DNA from: Elusimicrobiota bacterium
Lineage (GTDB): Bacteria > Elusimicrobiota > Elusimicrobia > 2-01-FULL-59-12
NCBI GenBank assembly: GCA_038241515.1
Contig: JBBSDO010000003.1
Location: 1-39,311 of the forward strand
Direction of reading: 5' to 3'
Length of the DNA: 39,311 nucleotides
This document shows positions 9,765 through 19,550 of the stretch, in pieces (within the stretch, counting starts at the first letter, position 1; each line of letters starts with the position of its first letter). A model generated the notes under the pieces. It was not told the origin of the DNA, did no database searches, and saw only the letters and a list, made by a program, of their open reading frames with translations. The translations under genes were made by a program, and so were the position numbers.

Positions 9765-10394
9765 TTACTGCACCTTCCCTAGCTTAAACCCTGAAGAAAA
9801 AACATTTGCAAAACTAAATCCAGCCACCTGCCAAAACCAAACACTGGTGACTAGAAAGCCAATGCCAAATACAATTAATCCAAGCAAGGAAAGAACCAGG
9901 GCCATCAATGCAATCCCCCAAGCGTGCCAATAGGCGGAGCCACCTTGCAGGCAACGTCGGAGCGCTTTAACTGGGTTATAGATTTCTGAGACGTCATACC
10001 GAACACAGTAATGAGACATATAACCGGGAATAGCTAGCGTAGCGGCAATAAGAAACAAGCCTCCCGCGATCGTCGCCGCGGGTAGTTGCATTTTTAAACC
10101 GAGCCAAATAAGAGCTGCCCCGGGTGAACAGTAATACACCATACCTAGCCAGGTGACGATGCCTAGCTTGAGCAATTTCCCATAGTCATTCCATGCCGGC
10201 CATGCAGATTCTCCCTGCTGCATTTGGTGAACCATTTGAATTCGATGCCCCATGTTTAGCAGCCAACCAATCCCCGGCAGAAGCACGAGCAGCACCGCTC
10301 CCCATAGGACTTCTCGAACAGATTCCCGATTTTGTATGGGGAATCGGAAAGCAGCCCGAAGGCTCAATCGTGTTTGAAGAGAAATCTCTTTCAT
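9765..10394 (-). CDS. DUF4013-like membrane protein
   Basis: AFRFP...GWLLNMGH...WPAWNDYGKLLKLG pattern, 4-5 TM helices. Visibly more AT-rich than its neighbours. Confidence 0.75.
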   Translation of the reverse strand: MKEISLQTRLSLRAAFRFPIQNRESVREVLWGAVLLVLLPGIGWLLNMGHRIQMVHQMQQGESAWPAWNDYGKLLKLGIVTWLGMVYYCSPGAALIWLGLKMQLPAATIAGGLFLIAATLAIPGYMSHYCVRYDVSEIYNPVKALRRCLQGGSAYWHAWGIALMALVLSLLGLIVFGIGFLVTSVWFWQVAGFSFANVFSSGFKLGKVQ

Positions 10395-10538
10395 TGGAAA
10401 AATTGATGTTTTTACACTAAGAAGAGCGTATCAAAAAGACTTAGATTTTTTGGGGGGGAACAGCGGTGCCTTGAGCGATACCTTATCGGCTCTTATATTG
10501 ATTTGTAGTTCCTCAGTGTCAGACGCCTAACTTTTAGC

Positions 10539-11255
10539 ATGAAGAATAAAACGAACGGAAGTCCCTCTAAGAGTGGTATGGAGATCAATCTGATACGCGA
10601 TCTGCCAATGGTGGAGCGACCTCGCGAACGACTGGCGCGCGTCGGGGCCGAAGGACTCAAGGCCGAAGAGCTTTTGGCGATCGTGCTGCGAACCGGCTAC
10701 CGGGGACATGGCGCCCTAGAGGTCGCTCGCACTCTCCTCGCTAGTCACAGCATGGGACAACTCCTGGCGATGCCGCTCACGCGGCTCAGCGGCTTGCGAG
10801 GCATGGGTCCCAGTCGCGCCTCAAGCTTGCTGGCGGCCGCGGAACTCGTTCGGAGAGGCGAGAAAGGGACGGATCTTGCTTTTCCCACTATCCAGTCCGT
10901 CAACGATGTAGTGGCCCAGGCCCTCGAGATCCGCGACAAGAAGAAAGAATATCTGCTTGCCTTTTTCCTAAACGCTCGCCACCAGCTCATCGCCAAGGAA
11001 ACGATCTCGATAGGGACCCTAACGGCGTCTCTCGCGCATCCCCGCGAAATCTTCGCGCCGGCGATCGGCAAAGCGGCCGCCGGAGTCATTCTGGTGCACA
11101 ATCATCCCTCCGGCGATCCTTCCCCCAGCGACGAAGACATTCGCCTGACGAAGCGCATCGCCCAAGCCGGCCACATCATGGGGATCGACCTGCTCGACCA
11201 TTTGATCGTGGCCGAGAGCGGAAGCTACAGCTTCAAAACGGCGGGGGGCCTATGA
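10539..11255 (+). CDS. radC: RadC / UPF0758 JAB-domain protein
   Basis: ERPRERL, ELLAIVLRTG, HPREIF, LVHNHPSGDPSPSDED and LLDHLIV motifs. Confidence 0.96.
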   Translation: MKNKTNGSPSKSGMEINLIRDLPMVERPRERLARVGAEGLKAEELLAIVLRTGYRGHGALEVARTLLASHSMGQLLAMPLTRLSGLRGMGPSRASSLLAAAELVRRGEKGTDLAFPTIQSVNDVVAQALEIRDKKKEYLLAFFLNARHQLIAKETISIGTLTASLAHPREIFAPAIGKAAAGVILVHNHPSGDPSPSDEDIRLTKRIAQAGHIMGIDLLDHLIVAESGSYSFKTAGGL

Positions 11256-11277
11256 TCAACTGCAACGATCTGTGCCC

Positions 11278-11394
11278 GTGTCGTCTTTCAGTTTTCAGTT
11301 CTCGGTTCTCCGGTCTCGGTTTTCTGGTCTCATGTTTTTCAACGCAAGAGATCCGAGACCAGAAACCGGAAAACTGAGAACTGAGAGACGGCAC
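11278..11394. repeat. Heptamer-built palindromic element (TTCTCAG/CTGAGAA family), copy 1
   Basis: gtgtcgtctttcagttttcagttctc... / ...gaaaactgagaactgagagacggcac inverted arms. Confidence 0.9.
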
Positions 11395-11411
11395 AAGAAA
11401 GGAGACGACGG

Positions 11412-11780
11412 GTGGCAATATCGTTTCATGATCGATGTCTCTGGCTTGGCGTGGGGGTCTACAAAGCTTTTGCGACGGCGCGACGAACTCGCGCTTCGCG
11501 GGATATCCTTGATCAGCTCATCCGAAGCGGAGCTTCCATCGGCGCCAATGCCAGCGAGGCGCGCGGCTCAGAATCGCGCGCCGATTTCGTGCACAAAATG
11601 GGCATCGCTTTGAAAGAAGCCCGCGAGACCGGATACTGGCTTGCCTTTGTTGAGCTCGCTGAGATTGCTACCGATCCTAGCCTACCGGCATTGAGGGCCG
11701 AATGCGACGAACTCATCGCTATTCTGGTGAAGTCAATCACGACAGCCAGGCGGAATGCCGCTCAAGCAAATTCCGACTGA
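11412..11780 (+). CDS. Four-helix-bundle protein (TIGR02436 / 23S rRNA intervening-sequence protein family)
   Basis: QLIRSGASIGANASEA...SRADFVHKMGIALKEARETGYWL signature; AAGGAG RBS before the GTG start. Confidence 0.92.
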   Translation: MAISFHDRCLWLGVGVYKAFATARRTRASRDILDQLIRSGASIGANASEARGSESRADFVHKMGIALKEARETGYWLAFVELAEIATDPSLPALRAECDELIAILVKSITTARRNAAQANSD

Positions 11781-11796
11781 AAATTATCTATGGTTA

Positions 11797-11899
11797 GTGC
11801 CGTCTTTCAGTTCTCAGTTCTCCGGTCTCGGTTTTCTGATCTCGCTTTTCAGAGCCAGAAATCCCAGAGTAGAAACCGGAAAACTGAAAACTGAGAGCG
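11797..11899. repeat. TTCTCAG-family palindromic element, copy 2
   Basis: gtgccgtctttcagttctcagttctccggtctcgg ... agaaaccggaaaactgaaaactgagag. Confidence 0.9.
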
Positions 11900-11922
11900 A
11901 TCCGCCGCTATGAACCACGCCC

Positions 11923-12031
11923 GTGTTGTCTCTCAGTTCTCAGTTCTCCGGTCTCGGTTTTCTGGTCTCGCCTTTCAGAGCAAGAAATCCGAGACCAAAA
12001 ACCGGAAAACTGAGAACTGAAAGACGGATAC
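11923..12031. repeat. TTCTCAG-family palindromic element, copy 3
   Basis: gtctctcagttctcagttctccggtctcgg ... ccgagaccaaaaaccggaaaactgagaactgaaagac. Confidence 0.9.
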
Positions 12032-12077
12032 TTAGAGGCGGAACACGTCCCCTAACTGTGATATTCTGTCGGAAGGA

Positions 12078-13958
12078 ATGAACACTGTGGAATCAAGCGT
12101 GCTTAAATCGATCTTTGGCCATGAAGACTTCCGGCCGGGGCAGGAAGAACTCATTGACGCCTTGCGGCAGGGCCGCGATTTGTTGGGCGTGATGGCCACC
12201 GGGAGCGGCAAGTCCTTGTGCTACCAGTACCCGGCCGTCGTGGAAAACAGTCGCTGCCTGGTTGTTTCGCCTCTGATCAGCTTGATCAATGACCAAGTCA
12301 AAAAGTTGGATCTCTCCGGCGTGCCGGCAGCCGGCCTCCATAGCCACGCGACACCGCGGGACCGGCACCGTGCCATAGAACGCTGGCACGCCGGGGAGTT
12401 ACGTTTTCTGTATGTCGCGCCGGAGCGCTTCTCCGATCCCTTATTTATCGCCTCCTTGGAAAAGGCGCGGCCGGACTATATGGTGATCGATGAGGCCCAC
12501 TGCATTTCCCAATGGGGACACGATTTCCGTCCGGAATATCAGACCTTGGGTCTGCTCAAAGAGCGATTGGGCGTGCCGTTTGCCGCCTTTACCGCCACGG
12601 CGACTCCGCTTGTCCAGAAAGAGATCGTCGCGAATTTGCGGCTTCAAAAACCACTCGTCCGCGTGCATGGATTTTATCGCCAGAATCTCTCATTTTCCGG
12701 GATCCTAGAAGGCCGTGAGCGAGCACGCCTAGAGCGAATTCGCGATGAAGTGGCGCTCGAGGGAGCGGCCATTGTCTATTGTTCCTCGCGTCAGCGCGTG
12801 GACGATTTGACGGAAGAACTCAAGAGCATGGACCTGCCCGCCTATGCGTATCACGCCGGCCTAGATGCGAAAGTACGCGAGCAGACGCACCAGCATTTTC
12901 AGAATGATGCGCGCGTCGTCATCATCGCGACAAATGCCTTTGGAATGGGTGTCGATCGGCCGGACGTGCGCTGCGTCATTCATGCCCAAATGCCGGGAAC
13001 GGTCGAAGCCTACTACCAGGAAGCCGGAAGGGCCGGCCGGGACGGTCTCCCAGCGAAATGTCTGCTTCTGCATAGCCCGGGCGATGTCGCCATCCAACAA
13101 TTTTTTATTCGCCATTCGGTGGAATCGGTCCCGGCGGAGAAGCGGGAGACATGGGAACGGCATAAGCAGGAACAGCTGGACCTCATGCGGCGCTATGCCT
13201 ATGGCGCCGGCTGTCGCCAGCAGTCCATCATGGATTATTTCGGAGATGTGGAGACCTTGCCCAAAGGATGCGGTCGGTGCGATAACTGCACCACCCCCGA
13301 TGCCGCGCCGGTACAAGACGACACTCAGGAGACCATTCGCGTCCTTCTTTCGGGAGCGGTGAGGCTCCAAGGGCGCTTCGGCAATACGCAGCTCACGGAT
13401 CTCGTGACAGGAAGCGATACCGCCCAGATCCGGCGGTGGTCCCACGATAAACTTCCTACTTACGGGCGCTTAAGGGAGATGCCCAAACGCCACGTGCAGG
13501 GGATGATTCAAGCTCTTGTACGGCAAGGCTATTTGCGCCAAGAAGGACTTCGCTACCCCGTTCTGGCAATTACCGATGAAGGCCGTGAAGTGATGCACAA
13601 CCGTGCTCAGGCCCGCCTGGGTCCCTGGCAGCCACCGCCGGGTCAAAAGAAAAAGCGCGGCTCAAAGAATTTCTCACCCGTGCCACCAGCGCCTTCAATG
13701 CGGCCCGAAGCCCCGGAGATTCCTGGCCTCCGAGAAGCCCTTCGCGCTTGGCGATTGAATAAAGCGCGAGAGATGGACATGCCGCCCTACACGCTTTTTT
13801 GGGACCGCACGCTTGAGGAGCTCTGTGCACTCCGACCGCAAAGCCTCGACGACCTGTTGGGGATCTGGGGCATCGGCGAACAAAAGCGCCGAGTGTTCGG
13901 CCAGGAACTCCTTGAAGTCATTGCAACCCACGGTGCCTCGGGTCCCACCCGTGGATAG
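12078..13958 (+). CDS. recQ: ATP-dependent DNA helicase RecQ (helicase, Zn, RQC and HRDC domains)
   Basis: [55 protein letters not shown]-terminal HRDC. Confidence 0.96.
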   Translation: MNTVESSVLKSIFGHEDFRPGQEELIDALRQGRDLLGVMATGSGKSLCYQYPAVVENSRCLVVSPLISLINDQVKKLDLSGVPAAGLHSHATPRDRHRAIERWHAGELRFLYVAPERFSDPLFIASLEKARPDYMVIDEAHCISQWGHDFRPEYQTLGLLKERLGVPFAAFTATATPLVQKEIVANLRLQKPLVRVHGFYRQNLSFSGILEGRERARLERIRDEVALEGAAIVYCSSRQRVDDLTEELKSMDLPAYAYHAGLDAKVREQTHQHFQNDARVVIIATNAFGMGVDRPDVRCVIHAQMPGTVEAYYQEAGRAGRDGLPAKCLLLHSPGDVAIQQFFIRHSVESVPAEKRETWERHKQEQLDLMRRYAYGAGCRQQSIMDYFGDVETLPKGCGRCDNCTTPDAAPVQDDTQETIRVLLSGAVRLQGRFGNTQLTDLVTGSDTAQIRRWSHDKLPTYGRLREMPKRHVQGMIQALVRQGYLRQEGLRYPVLAITDEGREVMHNRAQARLGPWQPPPGQKKKRGSKNFSPVPPAPSMRPEAPEIPGLREALRAWRLNKAREMDMPPYTLFWDRTLEELCALRPQSLDDLLGIWGIGEQKRRVFGQELLEVIATHGASGPTRG

Positions 13959-14391
13959 CGGCTCGGCCCCGACCTTACAGACGGCAAAACAATGGCTGCG
14001 GGGCTATTATTACGCCACGCCGGTCTTTATGGCGGTAGACGCCATTTTCGGTGTCAGCCTGCGGGCGGCCGCGCTCGACGGACATCCCATCATCAAGTGG
14101 CTCTATTACGGATTCTGCCTTTTGTGCGCCTTCTTCATGTGGCGGGGCGTTCGCGCTTCGGGTTTGATCAGCTTGGGGGAAAGTATGGTGAATATCGTCA
14201 TGATATTTGTCAGTTTCCTTTATCCGTATTACCACTTGGTGGGAACCTACGAAGTCGGAATGGAGATGGTTAATCCATTCACGATCCAGCACATCACGAA
14301 TTTCATTCTAGTGGGCGGCGCAGCGCTCTTATCCTTCTATCAGACCGGGCTTGCATCGCTTACTGCGCCAACACCGACCGGACAGTACTGA
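13951..14391 (+). CDS. Hypothetical membrane protein (about 4 TM)
   Basis: Hydrophobic ORF; GTG start at 13951 overlaps the recQ stop. Start uncertain. Confidence 0.65.
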   Translation: MDSGSAPTLQTAKQWLRGYYYATPVFMAVDAIFGVSLRAAALDGHPIIKWLYYGFCLLCAFFMWRGVRASGLISLGESMVNIVMIFVSFLYPYYHLVGTYEVGMEMVNPFTIQHITNFILVGGAALLSFYQTGLASLTAPTPTGQY

Positions 14392-16504
14392 GAACTTGCT
14401 CCGCCGCTTCGCGAAAGCGTTCCTTTTCGACTGCCGAGTCTAGAATCCTTATAAAAATCCCTTTCGCATCGGCACCTTCAGCCGACCTCAGTTGGGTGAG
14501 CGCTTCGTAAGACGCTTCCGCGAAATAGTCCCGAAGCAAGTGCGGGCTCACACTGTTCAGATGTGCTTTTGCAAAACCGATCGCCGGCAGGCCGGGCAGC
14601 TCTTTTCCGGCTTCCGGCACAAAAGACACCATCATCGGCAGATATTTTTGGGGTTGGGCAAGGACCTGCTGGTAACTGATGTGCTGGTCGCCGGTGCCTT
14701 GCATAACCCATTCCACGCCCAACTTCACCAGCTGAAGACGCAAGTCCTGAAAGCCCGGTCGCTCCAGATAAATGAACGGGACCCATTTTCTGCCCGCTTT
14801 AGCGGCGTATTCAGCCACTCGCCGAATAAAATCACGCATGGCAGCGACGTCCGCGACATTTGAGCGATCGGCTATCTCGGGAATGTTCGTCATCACTTGG
14901 CATTGCCGGGCCAATTCTTGCGAGCGACGCATGGCCCTTGTGATGGCTCCTGCTGAAGCGCGTTCTTCCTCCTGTAGTTTCTTGAAGCGGTCATCCACGA
15001 GGCCTTTCCCAAGCTCCACGTAAGGCTGCCGCAAAAACAAGTTCTCTTGGAGGATTTTTGTGGCGGGGTTATTCAAATCGTTTAACGCGATGTCCTCCGC
15101 CGAATGCCCAGCGTGCAAGAGAGCTCGGGCGATTAACCGAGTGCCCACGGTGTTTGTTATGCCGTAAAAAGTGCTAAACAAATCGGCATACATTTGAACG
15201 AGGCTTTCCCGGCGTTTGCCGGTAGCGGTTTCCGGCCCCAGGCTTTCCACTTTGAATGATTGGGCATCCAAGGAACGGGCCGACAAATTGATGACGAGCC
15301 GAGTGGGGTGGTTCGAGTAGTTCTTGGCCTGACTCTCCCAAAGGCTTTCCGGGACCGCCACCAAGTTGGCAAATCCCTCTTGCCAAAGGCTCTCATTAAA
15401 ATTTTGTTCGTTCGATTTTCCAAACCAGAAAAGCTCGTCCGGTACGAGGAGCGCGATGTCCGTGATGTCCTCATCGAGGATTCGATTTCCAATTTGGTTG
15501 GCGCGGTGCTTCCCATCGCGGATCTTCGCGATGTGTCCTCGCCTCGCCGTCCAGTAGGCTTGCGCATCCAATTCAAAGTAAGCCAAGAATGTCATCATAT
15601 GGAGGTCGGCAGTCCAGCGTCCCCCCACGTTTTCGAACATCGCCCCGAATCCCGGCGCGTCCTCCCCTAAGGCTTTATCAAGTCCCGAATTGCGCATGAA
15701 AGCCGATAGGCGGCTTTGCGAGGGTTCATCCGTCGTCTCAAAAAACATCCTCCCAAGCACATCTTTAAAGAGGATCAGAACCCCTTCTTTGTCGAGACGC
15801 GCTTGGGCGGAGGCCAGCCGCTTGGCCAAATCATCCAGGCTGAACCCGTTAAACAGTTCGGCGCTCGTCTTATCCCTTGGCACATTCAAATCGCGGAAGT
15901 AGCTAAGCAGAATGTCTTTGGAACTCACGGCTTCCGTTTCGGAAAACCCTCGGGCCATCAGCGACCGCTTCAAAAGGATCCCAAAAATCTGCACAAAGAT
16001 TTCCATCGTTTCGTCCGTCGATCCCGATTTCGAACTGGGAATCACGGCGACTTGGTCCCAACCCGCTCCGAGTTCCTGAAGAGTTTCGCTCATCGTCTGC
16101 TCGAAATCTTTACCCAGCTCATATTCACCGGCAATCCGAACCGTCTTAGGATCATCGATGACTGCAAAGCCATCGGCAATCCCTTGGAAAGGCGTATGTT
16201 GGCCGCCGATACCGGTCTTGATCACGTAGCGGATTTCCTTTCCTTTCTGCCGATGCCGGTTAAAAAACCTTTTCATCGTATCCACGGTGCCCAGGAAAGC
16301 TTCTTGTCCCCCATCAGCGTAATAACCCTGATTCCCCTCAAAGGCAAAAGAACCATCGATCGCAGCGCCCACGGAAACGCCGTACCCCGGCTTTTTGTAT
16401 CCGCCTTCCGTGAATCGGTGATCGGTCTCCGGAACTCCGGTGGATTTTAAGGGCGTCCGCAATTTTTCAGCTATTCGGTTGGCTTCCTGTTTTTCATTTT
16501 CCAT
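14360..16504 (-). CDS. Divergent glucose-6-phosphate isomerase-like (SIS-domain) protein
   Basis: TGIGGQ, SSKSGSTDET, NVGGRW, EQNFNES and QPYVELGK correspond to the PGI motifs GIGGS, SKSG, GGRF/Y, QLxxES and QPGVExGK. Confidence 0.7.
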   Translation of the reverse strand: MENEKQEANRIAEKLRTPLKSTGVPETDHRFTEGGYKKPGYGVSVGAAIDGSFAFEGNQGYYADGGQEAFLGTVDTMKRFFNRHRQKGKEIRYVIKTGIGGQHTPFQGIADGFAVIDDPKTVRIAGEYELGKDFEQTMSETLQELGAGWDQVAVIPSSKSGSTDETMEIFVQIFGILLKRSLMARGFSETEAVSSKDILLSYFRDLNVPRDKTSAELFNGFSLDDLAKRLASAQARLDKEGVLILFKDVLGRMFFETTDEPSQSRLSAFMRNSGLDKALGEDAPGFGAMFENVGGRWTADLHMMTFLAYFELDAQAYWTARRGHIAKIRDGKHRANQIGNRILDEDITDIALLVPDELFWFGKSNEQNFNESLWQEGFANLVAVPESLWESQAKNYSNHPTRLVINLSARSLDAQSFKVESLGPETATGKRRESLVQMYADLFSTFYGITNTVGTRLIARALLHAGHSAEDIALNDLNNPATKILQENLFLRQPYVELGKGLVDDRFKKLQEEERASAGAITRAMRRSQELARQCQVMTNIPEIADRSNVADVAAMRDFIRRVAEYAAKAGRKWVPFIYLERPGFQDLRLQLVKLGVEWVMQGTGDQHISYQQVLAQPQKYLPMMVSFVPEAGKELPGLPAIGFAKAHLNSVSPHLLRDYFAEASYEALTQLRSAEGADAKGIFIRILDSAVEKERFREAAEQVLSTVRSVLAQ

Positions 16505-17167
16505 TTAAAATCCCTTCACAAGCTGCTTGGCTTTATCGACGAAGAACGTCTGCAAGTCTTTAGAAACAAACGGGACCATCATACGGGGCCACAGTGAAAT
16601 GTCTTTGACCTTGAGAAAAGACATCGCCACAGCATAGTTATCTAGGCCAGGATATTTGCGGCGGGCTTCTTTGAGAAGCTTCGGCAAAGAAAGATAGCCG
16701 GAATGAATGAAATAGATATCGACGAAGTCTTTGGGCTCGGAGCGTTCGCACAAAGCGGACAACTTGTTACAGGCAATGTCGAGGCGATTATCCATATACA
16801 GGCCAAACTCGGGCATGGGTTCAATCGGTTGGCGCCGGCCTGCCATGTCTAGGGCAAAATCCATCTCCACCCTAGCGTCCTCCCCACGGATGAGCGTGCA
16901 TTCAAACAGTGTTTCAAAACGGCGCCCGAAGGAGACCCGTGCGTTCAGCTTCTTAGCCACTTTCTCGATCATTCTTGAAATTCGCGCCACGGCGTTGGGA
17001 AGCTCTGTAAAAAAATCGAGATCTTCCGAGAGCCGGTGCCCCAGATAGAATGCCGCCAAGGCGGTGCCGCCCGTCAAGTAAAAGTCTTTAATGAGCGCTT
17101 CGCCGCGAAAGGCTTCGAGGACGGCGATCTGGAAGGCCGTTAGAACGTTGAAGGGGTTTCTTGCCAT
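16505..17167 (-). CDS. Nucleotidyltransferase, AbiEii/AbiGii toxin family
   Basis: FYLTGGTALAAFYLGHRLSEDLDFF, NKLSAL..R..PKDFVDIY. Start moved to ATG 17167. Confidence 0.88.
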   Translation of the reverse strand: MARNPFNVLTAFQIAVLEAFRGEALIKDFYLTGGTALAAFYLGHRLSEDLDFFTELPNAVARISRMIEKVAKKLNARVSFGRRFETLFECTLIRGEDARVEMDFALDMAGRRQPIEPMPEFGLYMDNRLDIACNKLSALCERSEPKDFVDIYFIHSGYLSLPKLLKEARRKYPGLDNYAVAMSFLKVKDISLWPRMMVPFVSKDLQTFFVDKAKQLVKGF

Positions 17168-17384
17168 AGCATTCCTTGAAATACCACTCCCAAAACGATC
17201 GGATCCGTTGGGGGATATTGAGATGGGGAAGGTGCCGCCGTATCGTTTGAGTCCCGATCGAGCGAATGTCCCGTGTGCCCCCCCGCATAAGTACCCGGCC
17301 AATATACCACCGTGTGAAGAAGAGATCGCGTTTAGATCTAGGGGGGATGTCGTAGTCCCAAATGAGGTCCTTGTTTAATCGCAT
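17088..17384 (-). CDS. DUF6922-like putative antitoxin
   Basis: LIWDYD...YIGRVLMRG...FW pattern, directly upstream of and overlapping the AbiEii-type gene. Confidence 0.7.
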   Translation of the reverse strand: MRLNKDLIWDYDIPPRSKRDLFFTRWYIGRVLMRGGTRDIRSIGTQTIRRHLPHLNIPQRIRSFWEWYFKECYGKKPLQRSNGLPDRRPRSLSRRSAH

Positions 17385-17440
17385 CGTTCATAGAATAGCC
17401 GAAAAAGATAGGGTTATCCAGCCCAAACCCGGCCTTTATG

Positions 17441-17475
17441 GATGGGTCCTCCGCCAGTGGCTGCGGAGGATGACG
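17441..17475. repeat. Half copy of REP-like element (GATGGGTCCTCCGCC..GCGGAGGATGACG)
   Basis: Two mismatches to 37011-37045. Confidence 0.8.
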
Positions 17476-17489
17476 AATTGAGGGTGAAC

Positions 17490-18860
17490 TTATTTTTGGA
17501 CGATGAGACGATCCGTTCCTAGGTAAGGGCGAAGCACTTCTGGGATGACCACGGAGCCGTCGGCTTGCTGAAAGTTTTCGAGGATTGCCGCAAAAGTACG
17601 ACCGATCGCGACTCCGGAGCCGTTTAGGGTGTGGACGAGTTCCCTCTTTCCGTCAGGTCGTTTGAATTTGATGTTCATGCGGCGGGCTTGGAAGTCGCTA
17701 AAAGTGGAACACGAGGAGATTTCGCGCCAACGACCAAGAGACCGGGTCGGCGGGTCGGCGGGTGGGCGGGTCGGTGAGGTTTTCTCCGATCCTCCGATCC
17801 CCCCATCCCCCGATCCGCCTTCCTCCGCCGCTTCCCCCGGCATCCACACTTCAAGGTCATAGGTCTTCGCCGAAGCAAAACCGAGGTCGCCCGTGCATAG
17901 CGCAACAACTCGGTAAGGAATCCGGAGTTTGTACAGGACTTTTTCGGCGCTCGCCGTGAGCAGTTCCAACGCTTCGAGGGACTCTTCAGGACGCACAAAT
18001 TGGACAAGCTCCACTTTGTTGAATTGGTGATTGCGAATTAAGCCTTTCGTATCCGCTCCATAGGACCCGGCCTCGCGGCGGAAGCACGCGGAGTAGCAGA
18101 CATATTTCCTGGGAAGAAGTTTCTCATCAACGACCTCGTCACGATGCATGTTCGTCACGGAAACTTCAGCCGTGGGAATGAGGTACAACGAATCGCGCTC
18201 CACTCGAAAAAGTTCTTCTTCAAATCGCGGAAGCTGGCCCGTGCCTTCCATGGTCTGAGCCGTAACTAAAAAGGGCGCAAAAATTTCCGTGTAGCCGTGC
18301 TCGTGGGTATGCAGGTCGAGCATGAAACTGATCAGGGCGCGCTCAAGGGCTGCCCCTTGTCCTTTCAACAACGCAAAACCCGAACCGGACAGCTTCGCGG
18401 CTGACTTGAAATCCAGAATCCCGAGGGCTTCGCCGATTTCTAAGTGGGATTTAGCCGGGAAAGATAGCGGCACGACGTTGCCGACTTCGCGAATGACTTT
18501 GTTATCAGCGGCGCTCGCGCCAATCGGAACGGAGGCGTCCGGAAGATTGTTGATGCGAAGCAAAAGATCTTTCAGCTTAGGCTCAATTTCCAAAAGCTTC
18601 GCTTCCAGGTTCTTGATCTCCCCTTTTTTGTTTTCGACCTCTCTGAGGAGCGGTGCCACGTCACCTTTTTGAGCCTTGACCCGACCGATTTGGTCGGCCG
18701 ACTTATTGCGTTCGGCCTGTAAGCGCTCAAGCTCCGCCAAAAGCCTTCGACGCTCGACATCGAGGGTAAAGAGGGGCGCCACGTCGAGCTTGGAGCGCCG
18801 ATGAACGAGCATCTGACGCAAGGCCTCGGGATTTTCCCGAATCCATTTGATATCAAGCAT
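17490..18860 (-). CDS. serS: Serine--tRNA ligase (with about 32-aa insertion)
   Basis: [43 protein letters not shown] and HTLNGSG motifs. Confidence 0.98.
   Translation of the reverse strand: MLDIKWIRENPEALRQMLVHRRSKLDVAPLFTLDVERRRLLAELERLQAERNKSADQIGRVKAQKGDVAPLLREVENKKGEIKNLEAKLLEIEPKLKDLLLRINNLPDASVPIGASAADNKVIREVGNVVPLSFPAKSHLEIGEALGILDFKSAAKLSGSGFALLKGQGAALERALISFMLDLHTHEHGYTEIFAPFLVTAQTMEGTGQLPRFEEELFRVERDSLYLIPTAEVSVTNMHRDEVVDEKLLPRKYVCYSACFRREAGSYGADTKGLIRNHQFNKVELVQFVRPEESLEALELLTASAEKVLYKLRIPYRVVALCTGDLGFASAKTYDLEVWMPGEAAEEGGSGDGGIGGSEKTSPTRPPADPPTRSLGRWREISSCSTFSDFQARRMNIKFKRPDGKRELVHTLNGSGVAIGRTFAAILENFQQADGSVVIPEVLRPYLGTDRLIVQK
17739..17834. repeat. Octamer-built palindromic insertion in frame in serS
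   Basis: (cgggtcgg)x4 and (ccgatcc[c/t])x4 arms around a short spacer. Confidence 0.85.
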
Positions 18861-19197
18861 CAGGAGGTTTTTGAAGGCGCTCGGAAGCGCGTTCGAAGGC
18901 TTGTGCTAGTGCGAGGCTCATTTCGCGCACGAGGGCAGGAAGGTGTTTAGCTCCAAGGAGTTGTTCTTCGGTACAACGATGGTATACCGGCTGAAGATCG
19001 CTGGCTACTTCCGGACCCAGGTCAACCGTATCCAGAATACCCATCAACTCGCGAGCTCGATCGAAACACCCTTGCACAATAGACGGATATTCCGAGCGCG
19101 CCGAGGCTCTCAAGAATTCCGAAGCGACCATCAATGCGATTTTTTCGGGTGGATACTTTAAAACGTCAAGTCGCTGCAGTGATCGGTGGGCCTTCAT
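18853..19197 (-). CDS. Hypothetical helical protein, partner of DUF5674
   Basis: 114-aa ORF overlapping both neighbours; MVASEFLRA...FDRARELM pattern. Confidence 0.7.
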   Translation of the reverse strand: MKAHRSLQRLDVLKYPPEKIALMVASEFLRASARSEYPSIVQGCFDRARELMGILDTVDLGPEVASDLQPVYHRCTEEQLLGAKHLPALVREMSLALAQAFERASERLQKPPDA

Positions 19198-19550
19198 GAG
19201 CGAGACTCGAAAAAATAATTCGCCAGTTCGCGAACCCTTCTCCGAATCGGATCTAATTGAATTTCCTGTTTACGATTTCCGGCGGCAGGTCGGATATTGA
19301 TCATAGACTGGTATTCGAATCGTTCCTCTCCTTGGAGGTCCGGATAATAGTTCCCCCCCCAAAGATTTTCCTGAAGGCTTCCGTCGGCCAATAACAATTT
19401 CTCCTCATCCGCATGCAGACCTCCGCCAGCACAAATGACCTTTTCTTCAATATCAACGACGAATTTAATCATATCGCCGAACGTTTCATCCGCTAGCCTT
19501 AGCACGGTCGCCTTCGTTATCGGATCATGAAAAATTTCGGGGCTGCCCAT
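19194..19550 (-). CDS. DUF5674 family protein
   Basis: MIKFVVDIE...GGGLHADEEKLLLADGSLQENLWGGNYYP...YQSMINIRP. Start moved to ATG 19550, with a TATAAT 25 nt upstream (19575-19580). Confidence 0.8.
   Translation of the reverse strand: MGSPEIFHDPITKATVLRLADETFGDMIKFVVDIEEKVICAGGGLHADEEKLLLADGSLQENLWGGNYYPDLQGEERFEYQSMINIRPAAGNRKQEIQLDPIRRRVRELANYFFESRS

Noticed and set aside
9474-10788. radC repeats as a DGR TR/VR pair
   Set aside because: Mismatches are not confined to adenines and are mostly third-position.
11272-11613. 113-aa ORF MPVSSFSFQFSVLRSRF and antisense ORF 11233-11418
   Set aside because: These are translations of the heptamer palindrome, and they overlap the better-supported four-helix-bundle gene.
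11412-11780. Diversity-generating retroelement (Avd) or 23S rRNA IVS
   Set aside because: No reverse transcriptase, no TR/VR pair with adenine-specific mismatches and no rRNA in the window.
11278-12031. CRISPR array
   Set aside because: Units are >100-bp palindromes without unique equal-length spacers, and there are no cas genes.
17739-17834. Intein or self-splicing intron in serS
   Set aside because: Only 32 aa / 96 nt, with no Cys/Ser...His-Asn termini and no group I/II features.
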